The notes under the pieces were generated by a model. It ran no database searches, was not told the origin of the DNA, and saw only the letters and a list, made by a program, of their open reading frames with translations. A DNA stretch of 64,000 nt from positions 1 to 64,000 of the forward strand of contig BAAIJX010000024.1 in the NCBI GenBank assembly GCA_054600435.1, in the 5' to 3' direction. How positions within the stretch are numbered: position 1 is the stretch's first letter; each line of letters opens with the position of its first letter. The position numbers and the translations under genes were made by a program. Below, piece by piece: positions 48,958 to 60,369 of the stretch. Source of the DNA: Neophaeotheca triangularis. Its lineage: Eukaryota.

Positions 48958-51114
48958 TTACGAGCTGACCCCAAGCTCCTTGTAAAAGGCTTCCGTACTA
49001 GGCTTCCTCCCCAAAAAGTCCTCCAGCGTTTGCATCTCGTCCTGCGAGCCCCCACGCTCGAGCACCGTATGCCTGTACCTCCTACCCTCCTTGCCATCCA
49101 TGGGGTTCTTCTTGAAAACAGAGTAGAACATGTCGGCCGAGTAGACTTGCGACGACAGGTAGCCGTAGTAGCCGGCATCGTAACCTCCAATCAAGTGGCC
49201 GAAAGTCGCTTGACCGTTACCCCAGTTGTAACCTTGGCCGAGAGCTTCCGGTCCATCAATCTTGGAGATCTCGTTGCGGAGGCGGTTGTAGGTTGAGGAC
49301 GCATCGAGCTTCTCCGCGTCGGCGTGGGAGGCCATTTCGTGGACGGTCATGTCAAAAATGCCAAAGTGCAGTTGACGGAGGTTGAAGAGGGCGTCATTTA
49401 CGTGGCGCGTGCTGACGATGCTGTTGATGAGGTCGTCGGGCATGTTCTCTGCGGGCTGCTTGGCGTCACCTTTAGCTTGCTCCTTCCAGGCTTGCGTGTA
49501 TTCTGGCGTGAGGTATGACCAGTGCTTACTGAGCGACTTGAGCTGGGAAGGCGTCCAGCACCAGTTCTCGAGCATTTGGCTGGGAGCTTCGACGAAGTCT
49601 CGGACGGTAGAGGTTCCGTGGAAACGGCTGTAGGTGGTCTTACTGACAAGGTCGTGAATACCGTGGCCCAGCTCGTGGAAAAGCGTGACAACCTCATCAT
49701 GTTTAAGCAGACTCGGCTTCTTCGGAGTGGGTTTGCTAAAGTTGCAGACCAATGCAGTGGCTGGGTATCTTCTGGTACCGTTTTCGGTGATGAACCCAGG
49801 TTGGAGGTTGAAGTTGGCGGCGTGGCCGTACTTTCCATCACGAGGGAATAGGTCCAAGTAGAGATACCCGACAAAACCAGAGCCCTCGCTCTCATCATCC
49901 CAAACGCTGAACAATTGAACATCTGGGTGCCAAGCAATGTCTTCACCTTTGCCGCTCTCTGAGATGGCCTTGCGGTCCTCACCCTCAATCTTGACGAACG
50001 CAAGACCAAAGAGCTCTTCGAATATGTTGAGCATGCCTTCGATGCAAGTCGAAAGAGGGAAGTACTCGGCAATGGCTTGCTGGTCAAGCTGGTAGTCCTT
50101 CTCAAGCATGAGCGTATCGTAGAAGCGGTGGTCCCAGAGGAAATAGTTCTTGGCCTCGCCCGTCTCAGCCTTCTTGAGTTCCTTCAGCTTCTCAATCTCC
50201 TTTAGCCCACCTGGAGCCAATCGCGTACGGAGGTCACCGAGAAAGTCGTCGACAGTCTTGGGTGTCTTGGCCATCTTATCCTCAATTCTGAAGGTGGCAT
50301 GGTTGGGGTAGCCGAGCAGCCTTGCTGCCTCGTCACGAAGAACAATGGCTTCCTTGAACAAGCCAATGTTCTCACTGCACTTGTTCTCGTTGGCAACAAA
50401 CAGCTTGTGGCGGGTTTCAGGGACCTTGCAGTACTTTTGGGTAGGGAAGAGGTCGGGGTACTTGAAGGTGAGCCACAGTTTTCCTTCACTCTCCGTGCCA
50501 GCTTCACCCTTCTTCAATCCATCCGTCACGTCTGATGGCACACCCTCAAGCTCCTTGTGCGTGAACCACAGCCCGCCATTTTCTTCGTTCAAGTTCTTCT
50601 GGAATGTGATGCTGATGTCCGACAGTCTCTTCTTGATCTCCTTGAAACGATCTCTTTGCGGACCAGCTGGCAAACCCAGACCCATCCTGACGTACCCCTT
50701 GTGATCTTTTTCCAGCAGTCGTTTGCTTTCAGCATCAAGCTTCGGGTCATCCTTTTGCTTCTTAAACACCGAGTCGACTAGCTGGAAGATGTCGTCACGC
50801 ATGCTTGACTCGATAGCGAAATCGTCCATCTTCTTCTCGGCCTCAGTGCTCGCATCCCTCAGCTTGGCATCTGTCGAAACAGCCGAGTAGAAACCGATGA
50901 TGTGAGTCTCCAAAGCCATCTTGTTGTCATCCCGCGCCATTGGGAGAAGCACGCTGTCGAAGGTAGCGCTATCGGGAGTATTGTTGGACACAATGCCATC
51001 TTGAAGGCTCTTGCTCTGCTTGAGGAGCTTGTCTGTCTCGCTGAGAACACTCTGAGGGGTGTGTGTGAACAACGGCGGCGCCTGAGGGGGCTTCTTCATC
51101 TTTGCTCCGGCCAT
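48958..51114 (-). CDS. M3A metallo-oligopeptidase (thimet oligopeptidase/saccharolysin Prd1-like)
   Basis: YLDLFPRDGKYGHAA, FHELGHGIH, DFVEAPSQMLENW, GYDAGYYGYL. First in-frame ATG at 51114. Confidence 0.93.
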   Translation of the reverse strand: MAGAKMKKPPQAPPLFTHTPQSVLSETDKLLKQSKSLQDGIVSNNTPDSATFDSVLLPMARDDNKMALETHIIGFYSAVSTDAKLRDASTEAEKKMDDFAIESSMRDDIFQLVDSVFKKQKDDPKLDAESKRLLEKDHKGYVRMGLGLPAGPQRDRFKEIKKRLSDISITFQKNLNEENGGLWFTHKELEGVPSDVTDGLKKGEAGTESEGKLWLTFKYPDLFPTQKYCKVPETRHKLFVANENKCSENIGLFKEAIVLRDEAARLLGYPNHATFRIEDKMAKTPKTVDDFLGDLRTRLAPGGLKEIEKLKELKKAETGEAKNYFLWDHRFYDTLMLEKDYQLDQQAIAEYFPLSTCIEGMLNIFEELFGLAFVKIEGEDRKAISESGKGEDIAWHPDVQLFSVWDDESEGSGFVGYLYLDLFPRDGKYGHAANFNLQPGFITENGTRRYPATALVCNFSKPTPKKPSLLKHDEVVTLFHELGHGIHDLVSKTTYSRFHGTSTVRDFVEAPSQMLENWCWTPSQLKSLSKHWSYLTPEYTQAWKEQAKGDAKQPAENMPDDLINSIVSTRHVNDALFNLRQLHFGIFDMTVHEMASHADAEKLDASSTYNRLRNEISKIDGPEALGQGYNWGNGQATFGHLIGGYDAGYYGYLSSQVYSADMFYSVFKKNPMDGKEGRRYRHTVLERGGSQDEMQTLEDFLGRKPSTEAFYKELGVSS

Positions 51115-52011
51115 GCTGCTGGTTGTGATAGGTCTCGCGACACTAAAGGGCGATTTAGGGACGGATATCTGGGCCAAGGAGCCGCGCAATCGAGGTCCGA
51201 GCTGGGTGAAAGCCACGATGAAGAGGAGGATGAGGAGGAGAGAGAAGAGGAGAGGACGGCGAAAGAAAGATGTTCGAATGCCTGAGGGCGCCAGGATTGG
51301 GACGGTCTATGGAGTCTGCGCGTGACCGCCTCGTGTCAGATATGCTGTGGCAGGTGACGGTGGAGCCTGTTTCGGGTATCTACCTACAGTTGGAGCTGGT
51401 ATTACTAACTATGAGAGGCTTAGTAGTGGGGTGTTGGTGAAGTTGTTCTATGCACAGGTGACGTCTTGAGACGCTGAAGCTGAAGTCCAGGGCAGCTCAT
51501 TCAGTTCGCCGACCGTTGTCGGCCCCGCCAGCTTCAGATGCCAAGGCGAGGGCAGCGAGACGATGCGCGATGAACAGGGTATATCTCAGACAACAAGCGT
51601 ACATTAACGGACAAGTCTACCATCGTTTATTCGCAGCTAGACCGACTACCCGAGCTGTGGTTCGTTACGACCGCTGTGGTGCTCCTGGCGGGGATACTTA
51701 CCGCCTTGAAGAGGGCTACCTGCTTGAAACTAATCATCTAGAACCTGGGTAATCCATTCAGTAGCAGCCTCATCAGAAAGCATGCGGCCGGGGCGAAGAT
51801 AGGGCAACGAGCACCAGTCTGCTTGCAGATCGATGCGAACCTTGCACAACCCACAGCACGACGTGTTGGGAGGGACGGTGGGACGACTTCGCGCTTCATC
51901 GACGAACGGATGTCGTAGTTGTCGGCCAGCAATCTGCATCCCCCCATCATCTCGCATGCTGCTATGGTCACGTGTGCAATCATCCGGCATATGCCAATGG
52001 TACCTACAGTA

Positions 52012-52677
52012 CTAAATGCAACGATGGCCGATAGAGGAAGGACAGGGATTGTTGAATAGTCCTGATTCGTTCAAGCTACTACAGGTCGCACATACCCACG
52101 ACGGAACCCATTCGAACCCCAAAACCCAACTTCGCTTGTCCAATTCCTCTGGCGTTCGATTCGACCGCCTCATTCTTCCATGCGTAAAGCCACTTCGGTA
52201 CACCATAAAGGCTCTCTCGTTCATCTGGTCATCCAAGCGCCTGTTCCTGCTACCATCTCGTCACTAGTCTGCTCTGCCCCAAGGAAGGCGAGCAGCTCAA
52301 TGGCTTGGTCTTCGATGGGCAACGCCGCTGCTTCTTCGAGCTGGTCGTCGCCAAAATTCACGTCTAGCGATTCGGCTGCTTTGCTTTCTCTGCGATATCC
52401 GACAAAGTCTTCGGGGCGGAAGCCTTTGGGTATTTGTCAGCAGATGAAGATTGTTGGAGTCCTCTAGACCAAGCTCACTGCCATTCAGAGCAGTTATCGA
52501 CTCAATAGAGATATAGGCACTGGCCGCGGTGTCAGCTTGTCCTTCGCCGGTAGCAAGGGCAGGACGTGCAGTACCAGCGGCAAAAGCTATCTCCAGGATG
52601 CGACCGTTTTCATTCAGCCACACTTGGTGGAATCTCTGAAGCCCGTACTGTTGGACAGGCTGCTGTTGATGCGCCAT
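52012..52677 (-). pseudogene. Degenerate hypothetical gene
   Basis: Intron-like GTGAGC...GCTGAC...AAG joins ORF 52297..52677 to an acidic exon. A W-x-C-x2-C-containing tail sits in another frame. Confidence 0.35.
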
Positions 52678-53729
52678 CTCGAAACTTGCTGCATTGACTG
52701 CAAGTCCTGGGTGTCTTGGTAGTTGATAGTGGCTGAACGATCTCTCAAGGCCATGAGAAGGGAGTAAGTGACCGTTGCTTGATTTGAGACGGTGTCTGAT
52801 TGATCGTGAATTGCTTGGACAGTTTAGCCTTTGCGAGGTCAGACGAAGTATTACTTATAGACTACTGGAAAAGGTGCGATGACGTCCTTGCGAGGCAGAA
52901 AGGCAGCGAAGCGTGAGATGCAAAAATACAACCATCGTCACGCGCTATTCGTGCGGAAAAGCACGTAGCCAGCTACTCGAGATGTACGCAGCACGACGTA
53001 GCAGCCAATGCTGTTGTTGAAAGAGGAGGTGTCGTGCGGCTTGACGTACTTAGCCACGCTGCCACACGCAAAAGCCGGGTCAGAACGGAAACTTTATGTC
53101 GGACTGGGCGTAAGGACCAATGGTAATCGCTGAGATCCAAGGTCCATATTGCTTGCACGCCCTGGCTGCCGTGCCAGGTGAGCGTATCGAGATTTGTAGG
53201 TTGTCATGTGTCGTACGAATGGTGCCTAAGGTGTGAACCGATGACAAAAGAAGGCAGCACCCTCGAATTACTACATGTATAGTACTCGCAAGCTCCGCGG
53301 CTTTGCCGGTACAAGAACCGGATTGCGAAAGTACAAATGGACGGTACAGAATCCTCCAATACGAATGCTTTGGACAATTGGGCTCGAGCTACAGCTCTAC
53401 GCGATGCACGAGATGCGGTTAGGAAGCTAAACGACCTCGTAACGTTTATAAGAACAGGAAGTATCGCAGATGCTTTACTCCTATGCGATTGGCCATATGG
53501 CGCAACTATAGGTCGTACAGTGTAAAGTAAAGTAGTTTGTTAAAGTACAATAATGGGGAATAGTTGGAGCTGACGTGAGGTTGGACATTTTAAGCAGCGG
53601 TCAAAGCGCTTGTAGACTTCAGCTAGTGCGCGAGCTTAGTTTTCGAAATGGCTTCTGGTTGCACATTTTCAACTTCAACCTCCCAGCCCTTTACAAAAGC
53701 AGTCGACGAAGTCACGAGATCAGGAAACA

Positions 53730-55298
53730 ATGTTCGCCGTCAAAGGTTGGTCGGTCGACTCGTCCTCGTTGAAGCCGCAAACGGAGCCAGCGAAGCCACC
53801 GAAGAATGCGCCTCAAGAGAGTGGTGAAAAGCCCAATAAAAAGCGCAAGCGTGAGACGACGAATGTGACGAATGAGAACGTCGCTAGGTTGTGGGAAGAA
53901 CATGTAGAGGGTAAGAAGCCAGCGAAGAAGGAAAAAAAGGAAAAAGCTCGGCCAGAGAAGCAGCAGAAAGAGGAGAGAGGAGCGGGAAAAGAGAGCCAAT
54001 CCGCAGGAGGCGAGGCTGACGGCAATGGCGCCATCGAAGGGAAAGAGAGCAGAGGTACTCAAAAGCTGAAGAGGCTAAAAGAGAAGAAGAAGCGGGAGAA
54101 GGAGGCCAAGTCTGGAAACGGCGAAGATGTGAAAGCAGAAGTCAAAGCTGCTGAGGCGGCCGCCAATGTCCCACCACCAGCGCCCGTCCTTCCAGCGACT
54201 GCTAAACTCACTCCGATGCAAAGCGCAATGCGCCAGAAGCTGACCTCCGCTCGTTTCCGCCACCTGAACGAGACTCTGTACACCGCACCATCAGAGGCTG
54301 CGCTCAAACTCTTCGCCAGCAACCCGGAAATGTTCGAGGACTATCACGCAGGTTTCCGCCAGCAGGTATCTGTCTGGCCCGAGAACCCGCTCGACAACTT
54401 CATCCGAACACTTCGTCAACGGGGTAATGTACGACAGTTCAGTCAGAAGAAAGCGTTCAAGAGCAAAGACAAGAAGGGAGCCGCGCAACCCGAGTCAACA
54501 GTCGAAAGTGGACTTGCCGCTCTCCCAAGAACGAGTGGCACGAGCACAGTTGCAGACCTTGGTTGCGGTGACGCTCGTCTCGCTCAGACTTTGAAGGACT
54601 CTGGCGATATGACGAAGCTGAATCTCAAGATCCACTCTTTCGATCTTCACTCCCCCTCACCCCTGGTTACGAAGGCAGATATTTCCAACTTGCCTATGGC
54701 GGAAGGGTCCGCGGACGTTGCACTCTTCTGTCTTGCATTAATGGGGACAAACTGGATCTCCTTCATCGAGGAAGCCTACCGTATCCTTCACTGGAAGGGC
54801 GAGCTATGGGTCGCAGAGATCAAATCAAGGTTCGGCAGGGTTGGCAAAGCGGGCAAACCGGTGGAGCATTCCGTCGGAAACAAGAAGAAGCAAGCCGCTG
54901 CAAAGAAGGCGCAGGAAGCAAAGCAGAAAGAGGAAGTCGAAGTCAATGAGAATGTCGTGCTGGCAACGGAAGTCGACGGTGTTGAGGTCAAGCAACAAGA
55001 GACCGATGTTTCGGCTTTCATTGACGTTCTGCGGAGACGTGGGTTTGTCCTCAAGGATGGCGACAAGAGCGTTGATCTCAGCAACAAGATGTTTGTGAAG
55101 ATGGAGTTCGTCAAGGCTGCTACCCCAACCAAGGGCAAGGGTGCGCCAGAAGGTGGTATTGCTCCCGCTGGCAACCGACAAGGCGAGACGTGGAAGCCGA
55201 AGGAGAAGAAGAAATTCATCGATGAAACTGCGGCTGACGATATCGCAACTGATGATGAGGCGAAAGTGCTGAAGCCATGCCTGTACAAAATTAGGTAA
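53730..55298 (+). CDS. RRP8: 25S rRNA adenine-N1 methyltransferase Rrp8
   Basis: MFAVKGWSV, SARFRHLNETLY, YHAGFRQQV, WPENP, ADLGCG, FCLALMGTNW, LKPCLYKIR. Confidence 0.95.
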   Translation: MFAVKGWSVDSSSLKPQTEPAKPPKNAPQESGEKPNKKRKRETTNVTNENVARLWEEHVEGKKPAKKEKKEKARPEKQQKEERGAGKESQSAGGEADGNGAIEGKESRGTQKLKRLKEKKKREKEAKSGNGEDVKAEVKAAEAAANVPPPAPVLPATAKLTPMQSAMRQKLTSARFRHLNETLYTAPSEAALKLFASNPEMFEDYHAGFRQQVSVWPENPLDNFIRTLRQRGNVRQFSQKKAFKSKDKKGAAQPESTVESGLAALPRTSGTSTVADLGCGDARLAQTLKDSGDMTKLNLKIHSFDLHSPSPLVTKADISNLPMAEGSADVALFCLALMGTNWISFIEEAYRILHWKGELWVAEIKSRFGRVGKAGKPVEHSVGNKKKQAAAKKAQEAKQKEEVEVNENVVLATEVDGVEVKQQETDVSAFIDVLRRRGFVLKDGDKSVDLSNKMFVKMEFVKAATPTKGKGAPEGGIAPAGNRQGETWKPKEKKKFIDETAADDIATDDEAKVLKPCLYKIR

Positions 55299-55942
55299 AC
55301 GAGGATTACAAGCCGTGTCACGGGTCGCTCGACGACTGACGATCAATCTGTCCCTCCCTTGCTCGTATCCTTTGAGGTTTCACAATCTTATCTCGCCATT
55401 GCTTGCTAAGGGTATTGGACTGCTCAGCCTAATGCGCAGTTACCGTGCGACGAACGTAACTATCTTTTACTACTTAGTAGCTTTATTAAGATAGGCTTTC
55501 TTTGCTTATGTTCAACGTGCTACGTAGTGATTGCTGTAAGGTTAGAGTAAGTTCTACTATCAGATGATCTATACACGCAGAACTAACATCAACGTATGTG
55601 TACGTCAATGAACTATAGGGGGCTATAGTTCTGTAACGTAGCGCATTCCAAAAGTTTGCGCAAAGTCGTCCTAAGTACCCTAGTAATGACTGAACCGCTG
55701 CTCGCAACGCTTTATAAAGGCTATCAGTCGAGGCAACGATTAGAACCCTTCTCTTTTACTCGGAAAAGTATACTTGAAGAATTCGGCTAGCGACCTCTTG
55801 CCTTGAATCGAGCGATAGTACACGGCATAACTCATCCCTAAAACAAGATACCAGCCATCTCGACAACCGTCAGACCAACCTACGGCACCACTTAACCAGC
55901 CTACCAAACGCCGACCTCCTTTTCACACTAGCCGACACAGCA

Positions 55943-56494
55943 ATGCGGAGCCCAACCCTCGAAACATCGTCCAACACCCACTTTCAACTCAGCTACCAGA
56001 GTCGTCTCGATCTCAACTCAACACACCACCAAGCGACCGTCTCAACGCCCACCCACCACTTCCACCTCAGCCACCACGACCCGCCCCAAGCCCCTCCCTC
56101 AAACTCCCACCGTACCCCCTGCCACTGTCCCCTGCACCTCCCAACCCTCACACCCTCCCTCATCTCCCCCAGTCTCTCGGAAAACAAAACCTACCTCTTC
56201 CTGCCCCTGCCATATCCAAACCCGCATCTCCAACCCCCAGAAAACGCCGGCCCAGAGACCTCGTCGCCACCGCTTTTGGCTCTGGAGACTGGAGACCGCG
56301 AGCCGGGGACTCCGCCTAGTACGCCGCTGAATTGCTGGTTGGGAGCTTGGAGGCCTAGTGAGGTTGCCGAAGGTTTGGAGGATGGGAAGGTTTATTGGTT
56401 TACGAGGACTGCGGATCCGGAGGGGTGGTTATTGGCTTATGAGGTGGGGGATAGAGGGGAGGAGGGGCTGACTGGTACAAATGGAGGGGTCTGA
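55943..56494 (+). CDS. Hypothetical protein (183 aa)
   Basis: GCA-ATG start and the C-rich to G-rich skew seen in real genes here. No motif recognised. Confidence 0.4.
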   Translation: MRSPTLETSSNTHFQLSYQSRLDLNSTHHQATVSTPTHHFHLSHHDPPQAPPSNSHRTPCHCPLHLPTLTPSLISPSLSENKTYLFLPLPYPNPHLQPPENAGPETSSPPLLALETGDREPGTPPSTPLNCWLGAWRPSEVAEGLEDGKVYWFTRTADPEGWLLAYEVGDRGEEGLTGTNGGV

Positions 56495-57099
56495 AAGACC
56501 GGGCGACAGGTCTGGCGGTACTTGATTCGAGGGTCGTTTTATCCCGCTCGGCTGTTGGGATCTTTCACGTTGGCCAGAGGGACGTTTGTCTTTTCGGTAT
56601 TGGTGCAGGAGCATCGATGGTGCTGGAGGCCCTTCTTCAGACTTTCAGGTTCTGCTGCGCCGCCAGGAGGAATCACACGATCGGGCGACAACTCCCACTT
56701 TCAGAGCCTCATGCCCAGTCCACGAGGATTGTTCCACTGGGGTTTCGTCGGAGCCAGCGACGGAAGGCATCGGATCTCATTCCCAGCAGCTGATCAGGAT
56801 TTTTAGAGACATTTTCCGGCTCGCTTCGAGTACGAGCAGCTTATGTCTGAAGCCAGCTTCGGCAACATGATGGCCAGGAAGTTTCTTTTCCGGACACATG
56901 TACTTTCCTCGGAATCTGGAACCGATAGTGGACGCAGATTGCATCTCTGTAAACGTTTGTGGGGCGGTCATTTTCAGGTCGGGATCGTCAGATTGCGCTA
57001 CATTTGCGCGTGCAGATGCCCGTCTTCTATTGTCTTGTTAGCTGAATATGCGGGAGTCGTAGGTATTTTGGAATGTTCAAAGCCGCCTTTACACTTCTA

Positions 57100-58479
57100 T
57101 CATGTACGCGACGGCGCCTCTCTATGCGAAGGCACGTCTTCGAAGTCCTCCACCTCTTCAGTTCCACCACTTTCACCCCCACTATCAACCTCATCCATCC
57201 CCTTTCTCCGCATCTTGCCCTCGACTGTTGTGCCAACGACCGACGAGCTCGTCGCTACGCTCCGACCAAAAAAGTCATCCGTCCGCAAACCCCTGACTGG
57301 CTCCTCCTTCGCCCTTCTTCGCCTCCCTCCACGCAGATTCATATCCTGTCCCTGGCTCCGCATAGTCCTGATATATTCCCTCACTGGCACCATAGCAGCA
57401 TCCCGACAGGCCTCCTTGATATCGCTCCCACTCATCCCGGCACTCACTCTAACCAAAGTATCCATATCAAAATCCACCTCGTCAATCTTGGTCTCCCTAA
57501 GCGTCAGATCAAAAATCTGTCGCCTCTGCCTCGCATTCGGCAGACCAACTGAGAATTTCTTTGGCATGCGTCGCAAGATAGCCTCATCAATATCCTGTAT
57601 TCTATTTGTAGCTCCCAAGACCACGATCCGCTGCGCCCCGGTCTCGACAGTGTTGCTGTTCAGTCCATCCCAGTGTGTCATGAACTCAGCCTTCACCATA
57701 CCGCTCGCCTCATGCTCTCCCGATCTCCTTTGGCCCAGCACAGCGTCGATCTCGTCGATAAACACAATGGTCGGACTCAACTTTCGCGCAAGTGAGAAGA
57801 CTGCTGCTACCAACTTGTTGCTGTCACCGTACCATTTTTCTGTCAAGGTGGAGATGTGTAGGTTGATAAAGGCCGCGCCGGACTCCCGTGCTAGTGCCCT
57901 CGCGAGCATGGTCTTGCCGCAACCAGGAGGGCCGTAGAGTAGTACTCCCGAGGGCGCAGTGAGGAGAGAAGAGTGTGAGCTGTAGAGGTGCGGCATTGTG
58001 AGCGGGTAAATGATGCTCTCGCGCAGCTCGTCGATCTGCGTGTCCAGTCCGCCTATGTCGGCGAAGGTTGTGTTGATGTCTGCAGGCGAGACGACTTCCA
58101 TGGCGATGTTCTGTTCGTAGGTGGAGAGTGTGAGTTCCTCTTTGCGAGGTCGGCGGGGCCGAGCGGAGGCCTCGTCTTCGTCGTCTTCGGAGTCGGATGC
58201 GGCTTCATCGCGGTCGTCTTCTCCGTCTGGGGCGAATATAGACTGGAGGCGGTTGCTGGCGGCGACAGCCTTTTGTCGGGCTTCTGCTTTCGCGCCGGCG
58301 TCAGGGTCGAGTCGTTGCAGAACTTGGCGGGCAATGTAGAAGGCTGTGCCGACCTGGGGGTGGTGATTTTGTTAGTATATTGAAGGATTAGGGTGAGGAT
58401 GGAGGTTAGAACGTACAGTGCCCGCCCAGAGCAGGATATCCTGGATGTAATTGAACAGCTTTCGATTGTCCATTCCCAT
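57100..58479 (-). CDS. MSP1: Membrane-anchored AAA+ ATPase Msp1/ATAD1
   Basis: N-terminal TM exon, FADIGGL, GVLLYGPPGCGKT, EKWYGDSNKL, FIDEID, KAEFMTHWDG, GATNR, RRMPKKF. Confidence 0.93.
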
Positions 58480-58670
58480 GATGGTGAGTGATATGTCGAT
58501 TGGGGGGGTTGGGGGGGTTTTAGAGAGGGTTGGAAGGGGTTGCTGTCGCTGTCGCTGTCGGTCTTTCTTTCACATGTCGTCGTCAAGTACAACTGTGGCT
58601 TTTGCACGTGTGGCGCATGGTGACGAACCTGCAGCCACTCTAAAGTCCTAAAGGCTAAGGTAAATGTGAA

Positions 58671-58692
58671 GTCGCGTCTTCCCCGACGCGAC
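58671..58692. promoter_or_regulatory. Paired MCB-like (ACGCG) sites in the MSP1/thymidylate synthase divergent promoter
   Basis: GTCGCGTC-TTCCCC-GACGCGAC, a perfect 8-bp inverted repeat ~80 bp upstream of the TS ATG. Confidence 0.5.
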
Positions 58693-58771
58693 AAAGTTAA
58701 TAAAACTACTACTATCAGGTACTGTGTATATTGACCGGCAACACTATCAAGGTAGACACTGTTACAACGCC

Positions 58772-59812
58772 ATGGCCTCAAGTACTACAGAAATCAACAT
58801 TAGCCCTGCCAGTGGCCCCGACACCCAATTACAACCAACAACGACCCCCTCACAATCAGCATCTACCTCCACCCACTCCGATCACGAAGAACACCAATAC
58901 CTCAACCTCATCCGCCAGATCCTCACCGAGGGCGAACACCGCCCCGACCGCACCGGCACCGGCACCCTGAGTATTCCCTTCCCACCCCAACACAAGTACA
59001 CCCTCTCCGACCCCTCAGGCCGCCTACTCCTGCCGCTCCTGACAACCAAACGCGTCTTCCTCCGCGCCGTGATCGCCGAACTCCTCTGGTTCGTCAGCGG
59101 CGACACCAACGCCCGCACCCTACAAGACCAGAATGTCAAAATCTGGGACGGTAACGCCAGCCGCGCCTACCTCGACAGCATAAACCTCACCGACCGCGAA
59201 GAGGGCGATCTAGGCCCCGTCTATGGTTTCCAATGGCGGCATTTCGGCGCAGAGTACAAGACCTGTCGTGACGACTATAGCGGGCAGGGCGTAGACCAGT
59301 TAGCCGAAGTCGTGCGGAAACTCAAAACCACACCCTACGACCGAAGAATCCTACTGAGTGCCTGGAATCCCGCCGACTTGGGCAAAATGGCTCTCCCCCC
59401 ATGCCACATGTTTGCGCAATTTTACGTCTCCTTCCCACCCTCCGCTCCGACGAGAGATGACGGTAGTAAAAAGGGCACTCTGCACTCGTTGCTCTACCAA
59501 CGCAGCTGCGACATGGGTCTCGGCGTACCTTTCAACATTGCCTCGTACGCGCTCCTAACCCATATGCTGGCACGGGTCTGTGATCTTGTACCGGGTACGC
59601 TGACGCATACTATGGGTGACGCCCATGTGTATTTGGACCACCGAGAGGCTTTGGAATTACAGGTGCAGAGGGAGCCTAGGCCGTTCCCTATGCTGGAGAT
59701 TGACGCTAGGCATGTTCCTGGCGTGACTGGGGTGGATGGGTGGAAGGCGGAGGATTTTGGCGTCGTAGGGTATGAGCCGCACAAGGGGATTGCCATGAAA
59801 ATGAGCGTCTGA
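58772..59812 (+). CDS. CDC21: Thymidylate synthase
   Basis: [62 protein letters not shown]. Confidence 0.97.
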   Translation: MASSTTEINISPASGPDTQLQPTTTPSQSASTSTHSDHEEHQYLNLIRQILTEGEHRPDRTGTGTLSIPFPPQHKYTLSDPSGRLLLPLLTTKRVFLRAVIAELLWFVSGDTNARTLQDQNVKIWDGNASRAYLDSINLTDREEGDLGPVYGFQWRHFGAEYKTCRDDYSGQGVDQLAEVVRKLKTTPYDRRILLSAWNPADLGKMALPPCHMFAQFYVSFPPSAPTRDDGSKKGTLHSLLYQRSCDMGLGVPFNIASYALLTHMLARVCDLVPGTLTHTMGDAHVYLDHREALELQVQREPRPFPMLEIDARHVPGVTGVDGWKAEDFGVVGYEPHKGIAMKMSV

Positions 59813-60369
59813 TGAGAGAGGTGTGGGGTAAGGAAGATGATCATGAAGGCAATGTAGCGACAATGACTGGGTAGGACATGTGCTATAGAGTGGAAGGGCA
59901 GGGTGTCAGGTCATTATCATGCCGGCAGGCCCGGTATTGTAGACACCAAAGGCCTCTGCGTGGTAGGTCGGGCAACATTTGGGATTGCAAATACACCAAT
60001 CAAAGTGGTTATAATCGTCGAGGGAAACCCGACAGTGACAAGCTCACATAATAACGGCTCCTCCATCGAGTCCAAATAGATTCATATATCAAAAAACTAG
60101 GTATTTGAAAAAGTAGATAAAGAAAAGAAAATCCGCGCCACACAGTGGCTGGCCCCTCACCAGGCCTCTCATCTCAACAAGGACCGCCAAGCCGTCAAAC
60201 CCCCATCCCGTCCCCTCAAACTCATCTCCCCGCTTTCAAGAAGCGAAAAAGTCCGGCTAAAATACTAGAGAATAAACAACAATCTAGCAATCCCTATTGT
60301 GAGTGAAACAAGCGCCCATGCTCGCTAAGAAGAAAGAGAAATCTCATCTGTTATCGTTCACGCGTAGAT

